Shown piece after piece: positions 36,219-47,100 of a stretch of 64,000 nt of DNA (positions are counted from its first letter, which is position 1; every line of letters begins with the position of its first letter). The translations under genes and the position numbers were made by a program. The stretch is taken from positions 41,045 to 105,044 of the IMG/VR virus record IMGVR_UViG_3300020468_000003. One strand, 5' to 3'. The notes under the pieces are model-generated. The model made no database searches and was not told the origin of the DNA. It worked only from the letters and a program-made list of their open reading frames with translations. This stretch comes from a virus.

Positions 36219-36436
36219 TTTCTTTTCTTATTTTGTTTTTTGTACTGAGCGATAAAAGTTCTTGCAGAATCTTCATTCCTACATTTCCTTAATCTTTCTC
36301 CATTATGTATCACGATGACAGCTTTTCCACCGCATGGGATAGCATAAAAACCATCATTTGTTGCAAATCCCATTTTAGCATCTTTATAGAATCTGGCAAT
36401 AGCCCTTAATTCTTTTTCTTCGGCAGTCATTGCCAT
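36197..36436 (-). CDS. Hypothetical protein
   Basis: 79-aa ORF in operon. Confidence 0.65.
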   Translation of the reverse strand: MAMTAEEKELRAIARFYKDAKMGFATNDGFYAIPCGGKAVIVIHNGERLRKCRNEDSARTFIAQYKKQNKKRKCTTKTQ

Positions 36437-36605
36437 GATTACATTACTGCTGTTGTAGAAACAATAGTTGCATTTGGATTTCTTGCAAGAGCAACCTGCT
36501 GTGCTTCATGATAGTTTGCAGCATTAACTACTTCATTGAATAGTTTTCCTGCTACCATTAATTGTACTTTAACTTTCATAGGAGTCTCCTTTTAATTATA
36601 TATCC

Positions 36606-36662
36606 ATTATAATGGATATTTTAATCTATTATGTCCATAATGGACACTTTGTAATCTGTCAC
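36606..36662 (-). promoter_or_regulatory. Early-promoter module overlapping the MTase 3' end
   Basis: ATTATA-N28-ATGGACACTTTGTAATCTGTCAC. Confidence 0.7.
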
Positions 36663-37709
36663 TCTTTTCTGTATTAGTTTACCATACTCTTCATTAAGTT
36701 CGCAACCTATGTAATCTCTACCTAATTGTTTTGCTACCATTCCAGTAGTACCTGATCCCATGAAAGGATCTAAAATTATATCTCCCTTTTCGCTCCCTGC
36801 TTTAATACATGGTTCAATTAATGCAGGTGGAAATACAGCAAAGTGTGCACCTTTATATGGTTTATTTGTTACTGACCAGACAGATCGTTTATTTTTTGTT
36901 GGATATGATTTTGTAAGTCCGCTATGTGGTTGGAGTCCTGTTCCTGTGTTATGGTATTTTCCGTTTGTTCTGTCTCTTGTTCCCCAATCTTTTGCGGGTT
37001 CTTTGATTGCTTCATTATCGTAGTGGTATTTTCTATTTTTACTAAACAAAAATATATATTCGTGTGCTTTAGTACACCTATCCCTTACACTTTCTGGCAT
37101 AGGATTAGGTTTATGCCAAATGATATCTTGTCTTAGATACCATCCATCTGCTCTCATTGCGAAGGCAAAGAGCCATGGGATTCCGATGAGGTCTTTTTCT
37201 TTAAGTCCATCGATTCTATTTCCTCTACGAGGACACACATCTGGTAAGTCTTGTTTTGAATTTGCAACAGTTTGTTTTGGAAGTCCTTGTCCTTTTCCAG
37301 GTCTGTAGTTATAGTAACTATCCCCAAGATTAACCCAACAAGTTCCATCATCTGTAAGCACATTGCGAACCTCCTTAAATACGTTTACTAATTGATCAAC
37401 ATATTCTTCTGGAGTCTCCTCCAATCCGATTTGATCATCTTGTCTTACTGCACCACATTTTGGACACACACTTTTGTATATGTAATCTCCAACACCACCC
37501 ATGATGTCAGCATTTTTATGACCAGTAATACAATTTGAACCTTGCTTACCTTTTTTTCTATGATCACAATTAGGATCTCCTCCTATCCAAGTAGCAGTTC
37601 CATAATCCCTGAGACCATAGTATGGTGGAGATGTTACACACATCCTTGCCTGTTCGTCAAATTGTTTGAGTGTCTCCCGACAATCTCCAAATAAAATTGT
37701 GTCTCTCAT
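36621..37709 (-). CDS. Beta-class amino-DNA methyltransferase (likely N4-cytosine)
   Basis: N-terminal TSPPY, IIWHKPNPMP, HFAVFP, C-terminal LDPFMGSGTT. Confidence 0.95.
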   Translation of the reverse strand: MRDTILFGDCRETLKQFDEQARMCVTSPPYYGLRDYGTATWIGGDPNCDHRKKGKQGSNCITGHKNADIMGGVGDYIYKSVCPKCGAVRQDDQIGLEETPEEYVDQLVNVFKEVRNVLTDDGTCWVNLGDSYYNYRPGKGQGLPKQTVANSKQDLPDVCPRRGNRIDGLKEKDLIGIPWLFAFAMRADGWYLRQDIIWHKPNPMPESVRDRCTKAHEYIFLFSKNRKYHYDNEAIKEPAKDWGTRDRTNGKYHNTGTGLQPHSGLTKSYPTKNKRSVWSVTNKPYKGAHFAVFPPALIEPCIKAGSEKGDIILDPFMGSGTTGMVAKQLGRDYIGCELNEEYGKLIQKRVTDYKVSIMDIID

Positions 37710-38890
37710 GATCTGATAACTGATGTTGCTGCTTGTCCTTTGTTGAATACAGTATCAATAACTGCTTCAACCTTTCTTGCGGTTGAAATACCAACCTTAG
37801 AGTAAACTGGAACACATACAAGTCCATAAACTTTGTCTTCCGCACCCTTACGGATTACTCTACCAATAGTCTGACTAATACCAATGTAATCCATAGATCT
37901 CATAAACAATACTGCCTCAAGACCTTTTACATTGATACCCTCTGAGAGGATGCTGTGATGGAGTACAACAAACTTTGTACCATCTACACCCCACTCGTTA
38001 AGTGTATTGAAGAACTCTTCTCTACTAACCTTCTTACCATTAACAAAAGCACCTGTCTTAGAAGTAATAAACATCCAGTTGTATCCACGCACTTGTAAAT
38101 CCATAACAAAAGGAGTTTGAGATATCAAGTTAGTAATCTGCTTTGTAGACTTAGCACATATCAATACTTTGTTCTTCTGAATATTATCAAGAGCATTGAT
38201 CATTTGATCGCAATCAGCATCTACAACCAACTCATCCTTCTCTAGTATTCTTGTCTTGTATACTGCAACCTTTGGTGGTAAGATATGTCCTTCCTCCACT
38301 AACTTAGGTGCAGGTACTTGGCAAATAACATTACCAAAGATATCAGCATCATTCATACCAACCTTAAGAGGTGTAAGAGAATGCTTTGGTGTAGCAGTAA
38401 AGAAGTATGCTCTTGCAGAATACATTGAAAAGTATTCAACTGCTTCAACAAAGTTCTTCTGAACTCCATTGTGTGCTTCATCAAAATAGATTGTATCTAC
38501 ATTAATACCACTCTCTACAATCTTATGTAATGAATGATATGTAGTAAACATAAGAGTATTCTTTCCCTTATTTGCATAGTGAAATAATTTAACATCGTTT
38601 ACTTGAGTACTGCAGAAATATAGACTCTTACCAGTTAGATCGCCACTGTGAACATGCATTACATCATCAGGATGAATGTCAATCATTTCGCGAAACTCTG
38701 AGCATAACTGCTTTGCAAGTAATATACGAGGTGCAACTACTACAATAGTCTTAGGAGCACTCTTGAACTGATATATCGCATCTTCTATCATGCACATTGT
38801 TTTACCACCACCAGTCGGAACAATAACTTGTCCCTTAGTGTTAGACTGCATAGCAACTAAAGAATCAATTTGATGTGGACGTAATTGCAT
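37706..38890 (-). CDS. SF2 DEAD/DEAH-like helicase (start MQLRPHQ)
   Basis: PTGGGKT, FDEAH, TATP, LSEGINV, QTIGRVIR; start moved because the longer ORF runs through the promoter. Confidence 0.93.
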   Translation of the reverse strand: MQLRPHQIDSLVAMQSNTKGQVIVPTGGGKTMCMIEDAIYQFKSAPKTIVVVAPRILLAKQLCSEFREMIDIHPDDVMHVHSGDLTGKSLYFCSTQVNDVKLFHYANKGKNTLMFTTYHSLHKIVESGINVDTIYFDEAHNGVQKNFVEAVEYFSMYSARAYFFTATPKHSLTPLKVGMNDADIFGNVICQVPAPKLVEEGHILPPKVAVYKTRILEKDELVVDADCDQMINALDNIQKNKVLICAKSTKQITNLISQTPFVMDLQVRGYNWMFITSKTGAFVNGKKVSREEFFNTLNEWGVDGTKFVVLHHSILSEGINVKGLEAVLFMRSMDYIGISQTIGRVIRKGAEDKVYGLVCVPVYSKVGISTARKVEAVIDTVFNKGQAATSVIRS

Positions 38891-38911
38891 TAACTTTGTT
38901 TCGTTATACTT

Positions 38912-38967
38912 ATTATAGCAAACACAATGCCATTTTGCAAATCCATGTGCCAGTATCTTAACTGTCT
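38912..38967 (-). promoter_or_regulatory. Early-promoter module driving the helicase-MTase pair
   Basis: ATTATA-N28-TGTGCCAGTATCTTAACTGTC. Confidence 0.8.
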
Positions 38968-39278
38968 TTGTCCATTTTATCAGAAATTTTTTTGAGTGCT
39001 TCTTCCCATCCATCTTTATCTTGAGACCATTTATTTAATGGGCAAGACTCTAATATAACTCTAGCTTTGGCAGGTATGAAACATCCACATTCTGCACACA
39101 TATCCTTTTTCTTTATCCACATCTCACATGATTTACAAATCTCATGTCTAACCTTATAGGTTTCATCAGATACAACTAAAGACTCAGGTCCATTCTTTTT
39201 AATATAGGTAATAATATCCCATGAAAAATTAGCAAAATTTTTCGTCTTCTCAATAAAAGATGGTTCGTCTTTTTCCAT
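38958..39278 (-). CDS. Small Cys-rich metal-binding protein (DUF6171-like)
   Basis: R..ICKSC...C.ECGCF..AK......CP..KW. Confidence 0.8.
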   Translation of the reverse strand: MEKDEPSFIEKTKNFANFSWDIITYIKKNGPESLVVSDETYKVRHEICKSCEMWIKKKDMCAECGCFIPAKARVILESCPLNKWSQDKDGWEEALKKISDKMDKDS

Positions 39279-39309
39279 ACATCTTAGTGTATCATATAAT
39301 TATGTATTG

Positions 39310-40464
39310 TCAAGGTGTGGCAGGATAATCTCCCTTAATTGTAGTAGAACTAATAGATCCAGTTACACTGTAACTTGTTCCTGCAATTGCTCTTCCTGCT
39401 AATCCACCATCTCCAGTATTATTACTATCTCCACCTGCTAATGCCCATTCTCCACCTGCACCACCACCTTCACCTGGTTGTCCTTGAGAAGAGTTACAAC
39501 CATTGTCGGGATCAGGTGCACTACCATTATCTCCCTGTAATCCAGCAGATTCATTTCCATGTCCTCTTCCAGTACCACCATCACCACCTTCTCCACCAAG
39601 TCCACCTGCTACAGTGTATTCATTAAGGCAGTCGTCATATCTGTACCAAGCAGTTGTTTCAAACCAACAACTTCCCCACCAGTTACAAGGTCTTCGTCTT
39701 GCACATCCAGCTCCTGAATAGCATCCACTTGTTGATGTCCATCCTTCTGGGCAATCAGGACAACTACCACAATTCACAACAGTTTCAAAATCTTGGCATA
39801 ATCCACTAGCACCTTGATCTCCTGTCTTTCCTTTTTCTCCTCCACCACCTCCACCATAAATTCTTGCAGAGGAGTTTACATTTACAACTAAATTTTCTCC
39901 ACCAGTAGAAATGATAGACAGTGCAGTTCCACCCTGCTGTCCACTGATTGAAACATTACCAGGTTTTCCACCACCTAATCCAGGTCCACCCTTAATTGTG
40001 CCAGTGATATCAAATAAAACGTTATATGCAGGAGACTGTTCAAATGAAGCTGCAGCAGAAAGTGCATTGTCAGATCCTATATTACCATCTACAAACATAG
40101 TTTTGTTTATAGTTTTTGCTAAATTAGTATTCCAACTTAAAGCATCAATATCAAAATAGATATCAGATCCAGTCTGTGTAATATAATAAAATTTTATACT
40201 ATTTCTAAATTGCCCCAAAGCAACATCACTAACAGAACCTATTGCAGAATTTTCTGTAGCATCTGGAACTATCGGATTTGCACTTGTAGGACTTGTATCT
40301 CTCTTCAACTCTGACATACTAATTGGAGCAAGATCAGAAGCGAATGTTTCAGATCCACCAGAAGTAGTTTTACGAGACTGTGCTCTAAAAGTTCTCCTTA
40401 ACTCACTAAAAGTTATGGGTCCTGAAGCGAAAAATGGTCCTGCTTTTGATACTGATACAGACAT
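39310..40464 (-). CDS. Glycine-rich tail-tip adhesin-like protein (T2/T6 gp38-like) with Cys/Trp-rich insert
   Basis: IYGGGGGG and repeated GGxGG tracts flanking a Cys/Trp-rich loop; late promoter TATAAATA at 40485-40492. Confidence 0.65.
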   Translation of the reverse strand: MSVSVSKAGPFFASGPITFSELRRTFRAQSRKTTSGGSETFASDLAPISMSELKRDTSPTSANPIVPDATENSAIGSVSDVALGQFRNSIKFYYITQTGSDIYFDIDALSWNTNLAKTINKTMFVDGNIGSDNALSAAASFEQSPAYNVLFDITGTIKGGPGLGGGKPGNVSISGQQGGTALSIISTGGENLVVNVNSSARIYGGGGGGEKGKTGDQGASGLCQDFETVVNCGSCPDCPEGWTSTSGCYSGAGCARRRPCNWWGSCWFETTAWYRYDDCLNEYTVAGGLGGEGGDGGTGRGHGNESAGLQGDNGSAPDPDNGCNSSQGQPGEGGGAGGEWALAGGDSNNTGDGGLAGRAIAGTSYSVTGSISSTTIKGDYPATP

Positions 40465-40493
40465 TTATATACTATCTTTTTTATTATTTATAT

Positions 40494-41960
40494 TTATTTT
40501 TTAATTATGACTGAACCATTTAAAACAGATCTATGGGGAACAGATCTACTTCTACTCTTTGTACTTTCTTGTAACTCATGATTTTCCTTACATTGTTCTA
40601 ATATTTTTTTTGATTTGGGTAAATTTTTTATAAATTCATTAACTGAATCTGCATTTATCATTTCTAAACCATTACTAACTTGTATGTAACTATCAATGTG
40701 CCATTGAGAATCCTCACTCATAAATCCAGCTGGTATAAATTCAATGGAACATTTTTCTTCATATGCCTTCATCCAATCTGTTTTATTAGCAGTCATATAT
40801 TTCCAGAAAGGAGAGTCTATTCTATTTGTAGCATAATGTAGACAAATAAAATTAAATATATCCAGATAACTTTTCTCATTAAAATTATTATAATTAATCC
40901 TATCAAAATCTAAAAACTTAAGAGTGGTATTATTCTGCACAAAAAATTGTAATTGATTATAAACTATATGAAGTCCTGTAGATTCTAATGGTTCAATAAA
41001 TCCACTTGCAAGACCAACAGATAAACAATTTCCTATCCAATTTTTCTTATAATATCCTGGTTTGTAATGAATCACTCTAGGATTATCATTTAATTCAACA
41101 CCATGATTCTTTTTCAACCATTCATTATAATTTTTCTTTGCCTCTTCATCAGTAGTGAACTTAGATGAATATACATATCCAGTTCCATATCTTTTCTTCA
41201 ATGGAATTTGCCATATCCAACCATCTTTTGTTGCTTCTGCTTGTGTATATGATGGTATTTCTACAAGATTATGAGGTATCTGTTGTGGAATTGCTCTATC
41301 TAATGGAAGATAACCTGTAATATCAACCCACTCAGGGTTTAAATGTTTAAATAAGACACTATTAAATCCAGAAGCATCGACATAAAAATCAGCAGTTACT
41401 TCTCCTCTATTTTTAAACACAATACTTTGTATACTTTTTCCATCTGAATTTACTCTCTCTACTACATCATCAATACGATCTATTTCATCTTCAATATCAT
41501 TTAAAATATATTGTGAGACAATTTGTGTATCTATGTGGAAGGCATGATCATAATAAAAATCATGACTGGGAACTGTTGTTGTTGCATTATTATGTAATAT
41601 CCCTCCATTGTAAGTTCCATTTGGAATTGAGTATAAAGATTCTGGATAATCTTGTCCTGAAGGATCTATATTACACTTATTAAATCCATGAAAATATTCT
41701 CTATTTCTTGTCCAATTTTTAAAATTTATTCCCAACTTTACAGTGCTTTCAGTGTCTTTAATAAAATCTGAAATTTGAACATATAGATATCTTTTAAGAA
41801 AATCTACAAATGCAGGTGTTGTACTCTCTCCAACACCTATATTTTTTTTCTTACTATCGTAATATATCTCTACTTTAACTCTACCTACATAAAATCTTTT
41901 GAGCATAGCAGCAGCAATCAGTCCAGATGAACCAGACCCAATAATAATAATTTTTTTCAT
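40494..41960 (-). CDS. Flavin-dependent (tryptophan) halogenase-like protein
   Basis: GSGSSG, GVGESTTP, STVKLGINF, VDASGF, GWIWQIP, FIEPLESTG. Confidence 0.92.
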   Translation of the reverse strand: MKKIIIIGSGSSGLIAAAMLKRFYVGRVKVEIYYDSKKKNIGVGESTTPAFVDFLKRYLYVQISDFIKDTESTVKLGINFKNWTRNREYFHGFNKCNIDPSGQDYPESLYSIPNGTYNGGILHNNATTTVPSHDFYYDHAFHIDTQIVSQYILNDIEDEIDRIDDVVERVNSDGKSIQSIVFKNRGEVTADFYVDASGFNSVLFKHLNPEWVDITGYLPLDRAIPQQIPHNLVEIPSYTQAEATKDGWIWQIPLKKRYGTGYVYSSKFTTDEEAKKNYNEWLKKNHGVELNDNPRVIHYKPGYYKKNWIGNCLSVGLASGFIEPLESTGLHIVYNQLQFFVQNNTTLKFLDFDRINYNNFNEKSYLDIFNFICLHYATNRIDSPFWKYMTANKTDWMKAYEEKCSIEFIPAGFMSEDSQWHIDSYIQVSNGLEMINADSVNEFIKNLPKSKKILEQCKENHELQESTKSRSRSVPHRSVLNGSVIIKK

Positions 41961-41968
41961 AAATTAGA

Positions 41969-44143
41969 TCAGGATAAAGTCAAACTTGTACTTCCAATAC
42001 CTGCAACTGTAAATGTTAATGTAGATCCTACTACACTTATTTGAACTGGAGTACCAGTTCCACTTGTAAATCCGTTTGCTGCTGTTACAATTCCTGTTTG
42101 ATTAGCAAATCCTACCCATTCATCATCACAATATGCTTGATGTTCTCCTGCATCTGTGTTATAAATTATGGATCCAGTTTGCGTAGTAACACCAGCTCTC
42201 TGAGCAGTTGTTGCTTGAGGAGTTCTCATTGCTCTAGCAGAACTAAGACCTGGACCAGGACCACTTCCTGCTTTGGAGAAATCAACTGCAGCAAGAGGAA
42301 CGTGCGTACCTACACCTAATAAACTATTTTCATCGCATATTACACCAGAATTATAAACTCTAACCTGTGTATTAAAGAATCCTGCAGCTTCATAGCATGC
42401 AAAAGTTTCATTAGTATTCTGTTCATATAAGTATGCTATCGAAGTTGTTCCTACACCAACTGCACCAAAGTTTGCTTGTCCACCAACGACTAAAGCACCA
42501 CTAACAGCATTGCTAGTGTACTCATTACTTGTATTAATTCCAAGTCTTCCAATTAATCCTGTTTTAGCTTGTGCATCAAGATCAACTATTGGGTCATCAG
42601 TTCCTATACCAACACTAGTTCCTGCACCAATACTGGAGTTTACATATATTTTTCCGAAAGTATTAATTCCTGCGTTGTTGATCTTAGAAGCAATAACATT
42701 TGGTAAATTAAATGTCCCTGCATCAATTGATCCTCCAATACTAAAGTTACCACCAACAAATGCATTACCTGTAACAGTCGATGAACCAACCACATGTAAC
42801 TTATGATTTGGATTTACAACTCCTAAACCTAAGTCACCTTGATATGTCAGGGTCATCATATCGCCATTTGATTGACCATTAACAAAGTTAAAGTTACCTG
42901 TTGATAATCCTGCAGGACCTCCATGAAGAACTAAGTTAAAGTCTCCTGTATCGTTATTAACAATATCAAGTGTTTTATCAGCAACACCAAACTTCATTGC
43001 TGCAGAACTAGCACCAACACCTACTGATTGTCCAATAGAAAGTACAGAACTATCTCCTTCAGAAACTATTTCTATCTTTGCAACACCACTTGGTTTGCGA
43101 ATCTGAAGATCAGAAGTAGGAATAACAGTTCCTATACCAATGAATTTTCCATTATTTGCAAGAATAGTTCCACCAGTACCAACATGTAATACATCAGTTA
43201 CTGTGCTTACTCCTATTGTTGAGAAACCTGATTTTATTTCAGATGCATTTAAAATAACTACATTACCAGATCCAAGATTAAATCCTTCTGTTCCCGTTCC
43301 AATTCTTGCATCTGCTTCTTTATTAACTAATTCAAACCAATTTCCTGCGTGTGCATATAATGCTTTCCCACTCTCATGAACATGAGCAAATGCACCATGG
43401 TATGTTACAGGTGAAGGTAAATCTCCATAAGTTGCATATAAAAATGGAATTACATTACTTACTGCTGCTCCAACGATTCTACCATTGGCATCAATACTTC
43501 CATCAACTTTTAGTGCATCAACTCCAGATTGAAGTTGAGTTACTGTTAATAATGGTAATGCTGTACTATCAATAATTGATGTAACACCTGTTATTCTTGC
43601 TTCAGGACCTTCAAATGAAAGTTGTCTTGTTGTTATTATACCTGTTGCTTTAATATCTCCTGTTGAATTTATCCCAACACCTGGTGAATACTCATCATCT
43701 GCTGTGCCACCAATTTGAAGAGCATTGTATGGAAGTTCAGTTGCTATTCCAACATATCCTGCAGAGTATATACTTGAAAAACCTAATCCAGGATTTACAT
43801 CAATCCATTGAGATGTTGGTAAGTTAAGTAGATTAGCACCATCTCCAAAGTAAGTAATAACTCCTGATGTGGAAGTTGCAGTGACAATACCTGATGGGAG
43901 TATAGATGTTATACCAACTTCTATCTGTCCTATAGTTGCTACTCCTGAAACTATAGCACCTTCTTCTATAAACGTATTTTTTATCGTTGCTATCCCTACA
44001 ACTTTCGCTGTACCCCTGACATCCAAAAACTCTGTCGGAACGGATGTACCGATTCCAACCAGACCATTAGGATTTACGATGAAATTGTCGTCATCAACTT
44101 GGACACCATTACGAAAATTAAACGACTTCTTATAATTAGGCAT
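41969..44143 (-). CDS. Tail fiber / virion structural protein
   Basis: Repeated VGIGT..P fiber motifs and GIxT repeats; late promoter CTAAATA at 44162-44168. Confidence 0.8.
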   Translation of the reverse strand: MPNYKKSFNFRNGVQVDDDNFIVNPNGLVGIGTSVPTEFLDVRGTAKVVGIATIKNTFIEEGAIVSGVATIGQIEVGITSILPSGIVTATSTSGVITYFGDGANLLNLPTSQWIDVNPGLGFSSIYSAGYVGIATELPYNALQIGGTADDEYSPGVGINSTGDIKATGIITTRQLSFEGPEARITGVTSIIDSTALPLLTVTQLQSGVDALKVDGSIDANGRIVGAAVSNVIPFLYATYGDLPSPVTYHGAFAHVHESGKALYAHAGNWFELVNKEADARIGTGTEGFNLGSGNVVILNASEIKSGFSTIGVSTVTDVLHVGTGGTILANNGKFIGIGTVIPTSDLQIRKPSGVAKIEIVSEGDSSVLSIGQSVGVGASSAAMKFGVADKTLDIVNNDTGDFNLVLHGGPAGLSTGNFNFVNGQSNGDMMTLTYQGDLGLGVVNPNHKLHVVGSSTVTGNAFVGGNFSIGGSIDAGTFNLPNVIASKINNAGINTFGKIYVNSSIGAGTSVGIGTDDPIVDLDAQAKTGLIGRLGINTSNEYTSNAVSGALVVGGQANFGAVGVGTTSIAYLYEQNTNETFACYEAAGFFNTQVRVYNSGVICDENSLLGVGTHVPLAAVDFSKAGSGPGPGLSSARAMRTPQATTAQRAGVTTQTGSIIYNTDAGEHQAYCDDEWVGFANQTGIVTAANGFTSGTGTPVQISVVGSTLTFTVAGIGSTSLTLS

Positions 44144-44156
44144 CTACTTACACTTT

Positions 44157-47100
44157 TTAGTTATTTAGTCTTTGTTCTAATGAATCAACTTTTGCGTTGA
44201 GTTCTTTAATTGCTTCCACAAGTAGTGGAACAACTCTATCATAATCAACAGCAAGATATCCATTCTTACGTGTTGTAACTGCTTCTGGTAAAACTTCTTC
44301 AAGTTCCTGTGCAATCACACCAACATCTTTACCAGTCTTTCCAGACTTTTCATTCCAATCATATGTGTTACCACTGATTGATATAACTTTAGCAAGAGGA
44401 TCATCAATAGGAGTAATGTTATCTTTCAGTCTAGCATCAGATGTGTAGAAAGCAGTAATGTCTCCTTCCACATTCAAGTCTGATGTCATAGTGGTAACAG
44501 TGCTTATAGAAACACTACTTCCAATTGCAGCACTTATAACAAGATCTCCACCTCTAGTGTCAATGGTTGTAGTACCACCAACACCAAGTCTAATTCCATC
44601 AATGTATGCTGATTCAAATGCTTGATCTTCCTTACCAACGTATGCTCCTTTATCAACATCAGGAATAATTCCTGTCTCAACAATAATTTCATCGCCAAAT
44701 GTTGCTTTACCAGAAATACCAACTCCACCTGCAACAACTAGAGCACCAGTTGTTTTACTTGTTGATGGTGTAGTATCATCTAATTTAAGAACTCCAGTGA
44801 TTGTTCCTGTATTTCTAAGTCTAACTTCTTTATTGAATGTTACAGGACCATCAAACTGAGATAGTACCGTTCCAGACTTACCACCCTCAACTCTTAATCT
44901 TTCTTTGATTAATACTTCATCAAATACAACACTTAATCTACCAACTTCTTGTCCTGTTACAGTAGGAGATGGAACATCAAATGTTCTTTCTTGTCCAGTT
45001 GCAGAACTGGATTTCTTATTACCTATGAAGAAATCTCCTTCGCTGTTCATACCAGTATAAACAACAACACCTGCAGATTTCTTCTGAGATTGTGCTAAGA
45101 AGGACTCTACCTCTGTTAGAGTTCTTACTTGTACTTGAGGTAAACCTGTGGAATAGTTACCTGGACCAAAACCAAGATATTCAAATGTATGTGCAGAAGC
45201 ACGAATAATAGAAGGTCTTCTAAGTTCAATTGCTTTTGGTTTTATTTTCTTAGCAATTGATCCTGAAGCATGATTTTCTTTTGGAGTTCCAAATACACCA
45301 CGAATAACATTTAATTCATTAGTATTAGTTCCACTAAATGAGGAATTAGAAATCCTCATTATTTCATTATCAATCTGAATATATGAACCAACAGGGAATT
45401 GATTTAGAGTTGCAATACCACAAAGAGTTGAATCAGAAACAGCAACAGTATCTCCGTCTGAAATTGGTACATGAAGGAAGAACTTATCTAAGTCGTATGT
45501 TGGTATGCCTCTGGTTCCTAAATTCTCTGTTGTACTATCAGAAGCAGCATTATTTGCATCAAAACCATGAGGTAACAAGTATGAGGTAGATGATAAAGTA
45601 TCTGATGTTTTAACTGTGAATGTAGTAACACCAACTTTTTCATTAACAACAAAGACTCCTAATTTATTATTACTTGAATCTTTAAATTCAACTTTAGATC
45701 CTGCAGTTAAAGCATGTGCAAAATCAGTAGTAAAGGTTGTAATACCTAAAACTGGTCCTGCAACTGTGTTTACATGAACAGAAGGTCCTAAGTTTAGTAA
45801 ATACTGTCCTGAATGAATTTCTATATCACCTGCAGTTAGAGCAATTGAAACTTGATTCTTAGCAGGTATTGAAGCAATCTTATAATATCCTTCTCCAGTT
45901 GTTCCAATTCCTGTTATTTGAACAGTATCTCCTATGTTTGTAGAGATACCAGAAGAAGATATTGTAACTCCTGCACCTGTACCAGAACCTAAAACTGATG
46001 TATCAAAGTCTAATTCTTCAGCATCAGTATATCCAGATCCTCTAGAGATGAAATCTACATCTGTTATAGTACCACCTGTACCGACTGTAACTTTTGCAGT
46101 CGCACCATCCCAAGTTGTGGTTCCATTATTAAGTAACTTAACATTATAATGTACACCCTCGTTATAACCACTACCACCTGCAAATGAACTATAAGTAGTT
46201 ACACCTGAGAATCCATGTTCTCTATCAAGAGTAACAGTTGCAACTCCCGCATTTACACTAGTGAAGACTGTTGTTACACCAGTTATTTTTTTACCAATAC
46301 CAAAATCTTCTACAAATGAATCTAAGGTTTCTCTTGTTATACTCTTAGTAAGATCGTTAGATACAACTTCTCCAATTGGAGCTCTTTTTGCAAAGGACTT
46401 CATTGGACCAGGATTATCATTTACATTATCCTTATCTAATTCTGGATAAAGATTAGTAACATTTTGACTGTATTTGAAATCTGTAAATTCTTCAGTTAAT
46501 GCATTATCAGAATTTAAAACATAACCATGATAAACACCATCTTGAACGTCCTTAATATAATCTGCAATTACCTCTGAACGATAAACATAATAATTTCTCT
46601 TAGTATCGTTCTTTTGGAATCTTGGTAAGTTTAAGTTTCTTGATGAAGTATCGCTGTTAAACACTCCTGGTGTATGAACAATACTATCAACATCGGTACT
46701 TGAATATGTAAATTCATGATCATTTACAATACCAGTTACAGTAAATCTTCCGTTATATCCTAAATTATTTGCACCACCAGTATTAGTTGTACTTCTTACA
46801 TTTACAATATTAACTAAGTTACCTGTATTCAACTGGTGTGGAATTTCTGAAGTTACGGTTACAACACCTGCACTTCCTGAAATACATGTACTGATGAATC
46901 TTGTATTTCTATCAAAGTCATAATCTGTAGAACCAATACTTACTCTTGATGAATCAGCATCATTTCTATATCCAGTAGAGCTAGACTCTTGGATAATAAA
47001 GGTTTCAGATGGTTGTTTAGCATTCTCAGCATCTTTTGGAACAACAATTCTAACTTTATATAATTTTTCATCTAAACTTCTTGAATCATCTGTTCTTACA

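Noticed and set aside
39310-40464. Diversity-generating retroelement target
   Set aside because: No reverse transcriptase and no template/variable repeat pair seen in the window.
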